In this document: positions 17,371 to 23,059 of the stretch, piece after piece
Layout of the letters: each line of letters starts with the position of its first letter
Position numbering within the stretch: the stretch's first letter is position 1
Assembly: GCA_041489255.1 (NCBI GenBank)
Contig: JBGPQV010000030.1
Location: forward strand, 1-23,059
Source: Thermoplasmata archaeon
GTDB lineage: Archaea; Thermoplasmatota; Thermoplasmata; RBG-16-68-12; JAFNFQ01
Direction of reading: 5' to 3'
Length of the DNA stretch: 23,059 bases
The notes under the pieces: model-generated
What the model saw: the letters and a program-made list of their open reading frames with translations, nothing else
What the model was told of the DNA's origin: nothing
Databases searched by the model: none
Translations under genes and position numbers: made by a program

Positions 17371-18768
17371 ATGAAGGGGACGCGGAAGGAGAGAGACTTC
17401 CTTGGCGAGGTCGAGATACCCGCCGGCTCCTACTATGGCGTGGAGACGCAGAGGGCCGTTGACAACTTCCGGATGAGCGGACTCAGGTTCGGGCGGGAGT
17501 TCATACGCGGGCTTGGGCTGATCAAGAAGGCGGCTGCGGAGACGAACGTCGAACTGGGTCTCCTCGACCCCAAGCTCGGGATCGCGATCGCGCGGGCATC
17601 GAGCGAGGTGGCGGATGGGGAGTACGATGATCAGTTCGTCGTCGACATTTTCCAGTCTGGCTCGGGCACGTCAACCAACATGAATGCGAACGAAGTCATC
17701 GCGAACAGGGCAAATGAAATCCTTGGCACGCCGCTCGGCCAGAAAGGAGCTGTCCATCCGAACGATCACGTCAACATGGGGCAGTCGAGCAACGATGTCA
17801 TCCCGACCGCCATACACATGGCCGCTCTGGAGATGATCGAGCGGCATCTGATTCCCACCATGGAGGTGCTCAGGGATTCTCTCGCGAAGAAGGCCACGGA
17901 GTTCGCGGACGTCGTGAAGACGGGAAGGACTCACCTGCAGGACGCCACCCCAATCACTCTCGGCCAGGAGTTTGGCGGTTACGCCTCGCAGACAGAGCAC
18001 GGCATCCGCCGGGTCGCTTCTTCCCAGGTTTCCCTCGGTGAGCTCGCGATTGGCGGGACTGCGGTGGGGACGGGGATCAACGCGCGCCCCTCGTTCGGTC
18101 ATGATGTCGTCAAGAGACTCAGGACGGCCACCGGACTCAACCTGCGCGAGGCAGAGAATCACTTCGAGGGGCAGGCGGCTCAGGATTCATTGGTCGAGGC
18201 GAGCGGGGCTCTGAAGGTCGTGGCGGTGAGCCTCCTCAAGATATGCAACGACCTCCGCCTCATGAGCTCCGGTCCGGCGACAGGGTTGAACGAGATCAAC
18301 CTGCCTGCGGTCCAACCGGGCTCCTCCATGATGCCCGGAAAGGTGAACCCGGTTATCCCGGAAGCCGTCTGCCAGGCGGCAGCTCAGGTAATAGGCAACG
18401 ACCTAGCTGTGACTATTGGCGGCTTCAACTCGAGCCTCGACCTGAACACGATGATGCCGCTCATGGCTCACAACCTCCTGACATCAATCAGCCTACTTGC
18501 CAATTCAGCTCAGATACTCGCGAAGAAGTGCATCGACGGCATCACCGCCAACGTCGACGTCTGCAGGAGGAACGCGGAGCTCAGTCCTGCGCTCGCCACG
18601 AGGCTGAACCCCATCATCGGTTACGAGAAGGCCACAGAGATAGCCCGCGAGTCTGCGAAGACCGGAAAGACGGTCAGAGAAATCGTCCTCGAGAGAAAGC
18701 TCATGGCACCTGATGAGGCCGAGAGGATCCTCGACCCGAAGAAGCTCACAAGGCATTCCGAGCCTTGA
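17371..18768 (+). CDS. fumC: Class II fumarate hydratase
   Basis: QSGSGTSTNMN, HPNDHVNMGQSSND, GRTHLQDATP and the signature GSSMMPGKVNP. The SGSGT form favours FumC over AspA (GGAGT). Start is 17371 (ATG) or 17365 (GTG). Confidence 0.88.
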   Translation: MKGTRKERDFLGEVEIPAGSYYGVETQRAVDNFRMSGLRFGREFIRGLGLIKKAAAETNVELGLLDPKLGIAIARASSEVADGEYDDQFVVDIFQSGSGTSTNMNANEVIANRANEILGTPLGQKGAVHPNDHVNMGQSSNDVIPTAIHMAALEMIERHLIPTMEVLRDSLAKKATEFADVVKTGRTHLQDATPITLGQEFGGYASQTEHGIRRVASSQVSLGELAIGGTAVGTGINARPSFGHDVVKRLRTATGLNLREAENHFEGQAAQDSLVEASGALKVVAVSLLKICNDLRLMSSGPATGLNEINLPAVQPGSSMMPGKVNPVIPEAVCQAAAQVIGNDLAVTIGGFNSSLDLNTMMPLMAHNLLTSISLLANSAQILAKKCIDGITANVDVCRRNAELSPALATRLNPIIGYEKATEIARESAKTGKTVREIVLERKLMAPDEAERILDPKKLTRHSEP

Positions 18769-18872
18769 GGTCGTTCCCCGCCATCCTCGCTATCAAAACG
18801 GATAAGCGCACCGAAACCCAAAAGATGCCCGAATGCTCGTGAGTATATCACGTTCGAGGGAGAACTCACTCC

Positions 18873-19466
18873 ATGGCTCTGAACATGCAAATCGGCGCGG
18901 TTCCGAAGATGAAGATCAAGGTCTGCATGGTCGGCGACTCCGGCGTCGGGAAGTCTTCCCTTGTCCGCCGGTACGTCATGGACTTTTTCGATGACAGGTA
19001 CATCGTCACCCTCGGCACCAAGATAACGAAGAAGAGGCTCCTGGTCAAGGACAATCCCCTGGGCACGCCCATCGAGGTCACGATCACCCTCTGGGACATC
19101 ATGGGCCAGGAGAGCTTCAGGGAGCTGCTGAAGGAGTCCTACTTCTACGGCGCCAGCGGGCTCATCGCCGTGATGGACATCACGGACGGGGGAACCCTTG
19201 TCTCGATCCGACGCTGGATCGACCTGGCACAGGGAGTCGCGGGCAGGGTGCCGGTCCACCTCGTCGTGAACAAAATAGACCTGAAAGACAAGGCGACGAT
19301 GCTGCCGGAAGAGGTCGCCAATGTGGCCAGGGAGATCAACGCCACCTGGGGATTGACATCCGCTAAGACGGGAGAAAGCGTCGAGGATGCGTTCCAATCG
19401 GTTGCGAACGCGATCGTCCAGAACAGATTCACCAAGGGACTTGGACTGAGACCTACGAAACCCTGA
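18873..19466 (+). CDS. Rab/Ras-like small GTPase
   Basis: G1 GDSGVGKS, G2 Thr (YIVTLG), G3 WDIMGQ, G4 NKID, G5 TSAK. TATATC lies about 24 bp upstream. Confidence 0.92.
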   Translation: MALNMQIGAVPKMKIKVCMVGDSGVGKSSLVRRYVMDFFDDRYIVTLGTKITKKRLLVKDNPLGTPIEVTITLWDIMGQESFRELLKESYFYGASGLIAVMDITDGGTLVSIRRWIDLAQGVAGRVPVHLVVNKIDLKDKATMLPEEVANVAREINATWGLTSAKTGESVEDAFQSVANAIVQNRFTKGLGLRPTKP

Positions 19467-19494
19467 GCGATCTGGACCACGTCGATTCTCCATC

Positions 19495-19506
19495 GAAAGG
19501 TTTATG
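19495..19506 (+). promoter_or_regulatory. BRE/TATA promoter of the PKD protein
   Basis: GAAAGG-TTTATG, about 24 bp before ATG 19530. Confidence 0.5.
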
Positions 19507-19587
19507 CGGGCGCGAGCCAGATTGACTGGATGAGGGGATAAGACGCCGGTCATTGGGCGCGTCGGGAGTGTCTTCGTTCTGCTGGCC

Positions 19588-21324
19588 TTGCTGGGAACCG
19601 CGTTCGCCGGCCTTGGGCTGCACGATTCTCTGTGGGCTGCTCCGGAGTCCACACAGGGCGATCAGGGTCACACCTTAGACGGGGCGCACGAAGGATCGCA
19701 ACCCGTTGCCAATGCGGGCCCTGACCAGACAACGAACGAGGGACTCGTTGTCCATCTGGACGGCAGCAACTCGAAGGGGACCACGATCGGCGGCACATTG
19801 CCCGGCATCCTCAACTATTCCTGCCCCTTCGACCCATCGAACATCCAGTATCCATCCGAGCCGCAGACCAGCTATGTGAACTACGTCAAGAACGGAGACT
19901 TCGGGACCGACATGGCCGAATGGTCTCCCTCCGGTTCGGTATCCATCTCGAACGGCTTCGCATACAGCGGCTCCAGGTCGCTCCTTGCCAACACTTCCGT
20001 TGAAACGTACGGATTCGTGTCACAGGCGATCCCCGATCCCGGCAACATCTCGTTGATGTACATCTGGGTCTACATCGTTTCAGCGAGCGACGACCCACTC
20101 GTCGTAGAGCTGATCAGTGACTGGAATCCAAGCACGGGATATGCCAAAATCATGGAGCGTTTCCTGTTCTACCAAGACAGGATGACGTGGACCGTCTGGG
20201 ACCAGCCCGCCGGAGAAATGAGCCCGAGCCCCATGACGCCGGGCGCCTGGCACAGGTTGGCCTTCGCGGCGGATGTCCTCCAGGACGCTAGCTGCTGGTG
20301 GATCGACTCGAGCTACGCTGGATGCTTCGTTTCCCCTGGCATCACCGAGTTCTCACCGGAGCATCTCCTGATCGGAGATACGAGCTGGAGCGACAATGCT
20401 GGAATCGCGTACTTCGACAAGGTCATCCTTCTGGGTTTCGAATCGTCGGACGCGATCACGGCTCCGATAGCGTCATACAGCTGGGATCTCAACGAGAGAC
20501 TCGACTCGAACGGTGATGGCAACTTCACGAATGATGTCGACGCAACCGGCCCGGCCGTGGACGCTGTCTATGGAGACAATGGCGTCTATGTCGTGAGGCT
20601 CACAATAACCGACTCTCTCAACGTCTCGGCGAGCGACACCGCGACAGTGACGGTGCGGAACTCGAATCCTCTCATCCTCAGTTTCAACACCTCGCTCTCC
20701 GCATCGGGAGACCTCGGGCTCCGGGTCGCAGGCAGGAAGTGGAACGTGGTCAACCTCACACTTTACGCCGACGGCGTCGAAACCGCCAACGCGAGCATCG
20801 AGCGCATGCCAGGGAGTCCTGATGAGCGAATTGCCTGGATTGCGGGGCCATTCGACCCATCAGCAGACCTCAAGGCGATAGTCACCTACGAGCCCGCCGA
20901 CCTCGATGGAAAAGAGTTGGGAGCGAATCCGGTCTGGCTCGTGACAGGAACCGCTGGCAACTTCTCCGTGATCGATCACCACACGTTCAACGTGCAGCAA
21001 TCGGAGAACAGGAACAGCTCGCACTGGAATCACATCGATCCATGGGTGGTGAACCTCACTTCCCGACTGCCGAGTTCTCAGGCCGTGCTTTCAGTTCTGG
21101 CCATGGACAAGGGCAGCGATGATCTCACCTTCACCTGGGATGGCGCCATCACGCACACCCACTTCAACGACGGCATTGGGCCGGACCCGCCAAACAGCCC
21201 GTGGGGAGTCTACCCGTTCTACGCATCGGATCAAGTTGGATTGTACTACACGCCGGGTATGTCTGTCCATATCGTCGTGAGCGACGACGATGGCGGGACA
21301 GTGGCGATCACGATCTCGGTTTGA
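19588..21324 (+). CDS. Secreted/surface PKD-domain protein with an inserted carbohydrate-binding-like jelly-roll domain (true start uncertain)
   Basis: PVANAGPDQ..LDGSNS, SYSWD, YGDNGVYVVRLTITD and VSDDDGG are PKD-type motifs. NYVKNGDF...W resembles the start of a CBM4/9-like domain. Hydrophobic N-terminus and many N-x-S/T sequons. Confidence 0.8.
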   Translation: MLGTAFAGLGLHDSLWAAPESTQGDQGHTLDGAHEGSQPVANAGPDQTTNEGLVVHLDGSNSKGTTIGGTLPGILNYSCPFDPSNIQYPSEPQTSYVNYVKNGDFGTDMAEWSPSGSVSISNGFAYSGSRSLLANTSVETYGFVSQAIPDPGNISLMYIWVYIVSASDDPLVVELISDWNPSTGYAKIMERFLFYQDRMTWTVWDQPAGEMSPSPMTPGAWHRLAFAADVLQDASCWWIDSSYAGCFVSPGITEFSPEHLLIGDTSWSDNAGIAYFDKVILLGFESSDAITAPIASYSWDLNERLDSNGDGNFTNDVDATGPAVDAVYGDNGVYVVRLTITDSLNVSASDTATVTVRNSNPLILSFNTSLSASGDLGLRVAGRKWNVVNLTLYADGVETANASIERMPGSPDERIAWIAGPFDPSADLKAIVTYEPADLDGKELGANPVWLVTGTAGNFSVIDHHTFNVQQSENRNSSHWNHIDPWVVNLTSRLPSSQAVLSVLAMDKGSDDLTFTWDGAITHTHFNDGIGPDPPNSPWGVYPFYASDQVGLYYTPGMSVHIVVSDDDGGTVAITISV

Positions 21325-21371
21325 ACGCCCGAGGGGGCATTCCGACACGGACCTGATTCAACAAGGGCCGC

Positions 21372-22859
21372 CTATTCAGCGAGCTTCTCGGTGTCTATCT
21401 GCGCCTTCTGCAGCCGCCCGCTGTAGTCGATGTACACCGCCTTCTCGTAGGTGAACTCGTCCACCGCGGCGCTCCCTGCCTCGCGCGTGAAGCCCGTGTC
21501 CTTCACACCGCCAAAGGGCAGGTGGACCTCCGCGCCAATCGTCGGCGCGTTGACGTAGGTGATCCCCGCCTCCAGGGTTTGTATCGCTTTGAACGCCCGC
21601 CTGATGTCGTTGGTGTAGATGCTCGATGACAGTCCGTAGGCGACGCCGTTCGCGACACTCACCGCTTCGTCGAAGTCCTTGATCCTGAGCACGCTGAGGA
21701 CAGGGCCGAAAATCTCCTCGGTCGCGATGCGGTGAGTCCGCTTCGCTTCGAAGATGGCGGGTCTGATGAAAAAGCCCTTGTCGAAGTCCCCGCCCCTGAG
21801 TTTCTCTCCGCCGGTGAGGAGCTTCGCTCCTTCCTTCTTGCCGATCTGCACGTACTCGAGGATCTTATTCTCCTGGTCCGCTGAGGCGACGGGGCCGACA
21901 TCCACCTTCGGGTCGATTGGATTGCCAAGCTTCAGCGCCTCCGCTCTCTTGACGAGACGACTGAGAAGCTCATCGTAGATTCTTTCGTGGACGATGAGGC
22001 GACTGGTGGCGGTGCACCTCTGGCCCGCCGTGCCGAATGCCCCGAAGACTATCCCGTCCATCGCGAGGTCGAGGTCCGCGTCGTCCATCAGGATGATCGC
22101 GTTCTTCCCGCCAAGTTCGAGCCCGACCTTGATCAGCCTCTTCGCACCTTTCTGGTAGACTTCCCGCCCGGTCTCGACACCGCCAGTGAACGAGATGGCC
22201 CTGATGCCCGGATGTCCGATGATGCCATCGCCGGCGACAGGACCTGAGCCAGTGACCATGTTGAACACTCCCGGCGGGAGACCAGCTTCCTCGTAGACCT
22301 CGCAGATCTTCGCGACGCACAGAGGTGTCAGGGTGGCGGGCTTGATCACGACCGTGCAGCCGCAGAGGAGCGCCGCCGCGGATTTCCATATCGGTATGGC
22401 CACGGGGAAATTCCATGGAGTGATGAGACCGACCGGCCCAAGCGGCTGTCGCACCGTCATGCAGAATTTGTCTGGGAGTTCGGATGTCGTCGTCTCGCCG
22501 TAGAGCCGCCTCCCTTCTCCCGCCATGTACTCGAGGAAATCGATCCCTTCCTGCACATCGCCTTTCCCTTCCGCGATGACCTTGCCCATCTCCTTGGTGA
22601 CTATCGCGCCGATCTCGTCCTTCCTCCGGCGCATGATCCTGGCGGCCTCCAGCATGATGAGCCCGCGCTTCGGCGCTGGCATGTCCCGCCATTTCGGGAA
22701 TGCCTTCACCGCTGCGGAGACGGCCGTGTCGACGTCTTCGCTTGTCCCGGCGGGGAAGGTCGCGAGGACCTCTCCCGTGGCGGGATTCGTCGTCTCGAAG
22801 CGCTTCCTGCCCTTCGCCTTCGTCCAGCCGCCATTGATGTAGAAGCCGTAATCTTCCAT
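21372..22859 (-). CDS. NAD(P)-dependent aldehyde dehydrogenase
   Basis: ITPWNFP, FTGG, LELGGKN (catalytic Glu), AGQRCTA (catalytic Cys), EEIFGPV and PFGGVK. ATG 22859 has a GAGGAG SD; GAAAGATATATT promoter near 22898-22909. Confidence 0.95.
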   Translation of the reverse strand: MEDYGFYINGGWTKAKGRKRFETTNPATGEVLATFPAGTSEDVDTAVSAAVKAFPKWRDMPAPKRGLIMLEAARIMRRRKDEIGAIVTKEMGKVIAEGKGDVQEGIDFLEYMAGEGRRLYGETTTSELPDKFCMTVRQPLGPVGLITPWNFPVAIPIWKSAAALLCGCTVVIKPATLTPLCVAKICEVYEEAGLPPGVFNMVTGSGPVAGDGIIGHPGIRAISFTGGVETGREVYQKGAKRLIKVGLELGGKNAIILMDDADLDLAMDGIVFGAFGTAGQRCTATSRLIVHERIYDELLSRLVKRAEALKLGNPIDPKVDVGPVASADQENKILEYVQIGKKEGAKLLTGGEKLRGGDFDKGFFIRPAIFEAKRTHRIATEEIFGPVLSVLRIKDFDEAVSVANGVAYGLSSSIYTNDIRRAFKAIQTLEAGITYVNAPTIGAEVHLPFGGVKDTGFTREAGSAAVDEFTYEKAVYIDYSGRLQKAQIDTEKLAE

Positions 22860-22932
22860 GGTCCTTCTCCTCGACATATGGCGAAAGCGCGAACGTGAAT
22901 ATATCTTTCCTACCTCCCGGGCTTTGGGACAA

Positions 22933-23059
22933 TTAGCTCGATGGTGCTCGCTGGCAATCGAGCGTGATTCCTTCCAGGTACCACAGGTACCACAGCCTCC
23001 GCAGGTTCTCCCTGCAGAACCGCGCCTTGATCTCGGTCTCCTTCCTGTCGTCAAGCTTC
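22933..23059 (-). CDS. 3' end of an upstream gene, truncated by the window edge (…KLDDRKETEIKARFCRENLRRLWYLWYLEGITLDCQRAPSS*)
   Basis: Open frame from the window end to TAA 22933-22935 with host-like G/C-ending codons; product unidentifiable. Confidence 0.5.
   Translation of the reverse strand, partial: KLDDRKETEIKARFCRENLRRLWYLWYLEGITLDCQRAPSS

Noticed and set aside
22976-22995. Short direct repeat CAGGTACCA x2
   Set aside because: Only two 9-bp copies, explained by LWYLWYL codons in the truncated upstream gene.

Overview
Archaeal chromosomal window, GC-rich; a Thermoplasmata-like origin is inferred from the gene types and from TATA/BRE promoters with short or absent leaders. From left to right: (1) a minus-strand cluster of a membrane-anchored DUF3494 ice-binding-like protein on three Ig-like repeats, an unannotated very basic micro-ORF and a 4-TM membrane protein, divergent from a double-domain Lrp/AsnC regulator; (2) the topoisomerase VI operon (top6B-top6A), with top6A interrupted by a 511-aa LAGLIDADG intein inserted immediately before the TOPRIM DGD motif; (3) a partly decaying surface-glycan island with a methyltransferase, two GT4s, a GT2 carrying an in-frame TGA, rmlC carrying a TAG and a frameshift, and a probable pcm relic; (4) a Zn-ribbon/LURP-scramblase-like protein; (5) a two-subunit Fe-S class I fumarate hydratase-type enzyme and a divergent class II fumarase, separated by a methyltransferase; (6) a Rab/Ras-like small GTPase followed by a secreted PKD protein with nested inserted domains; (7) an aldehyde dehydrogenase. 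No rRNA, tRNA, CRISPR array or IS element was recognised. All family assignments come from motif recognition, not database searches.
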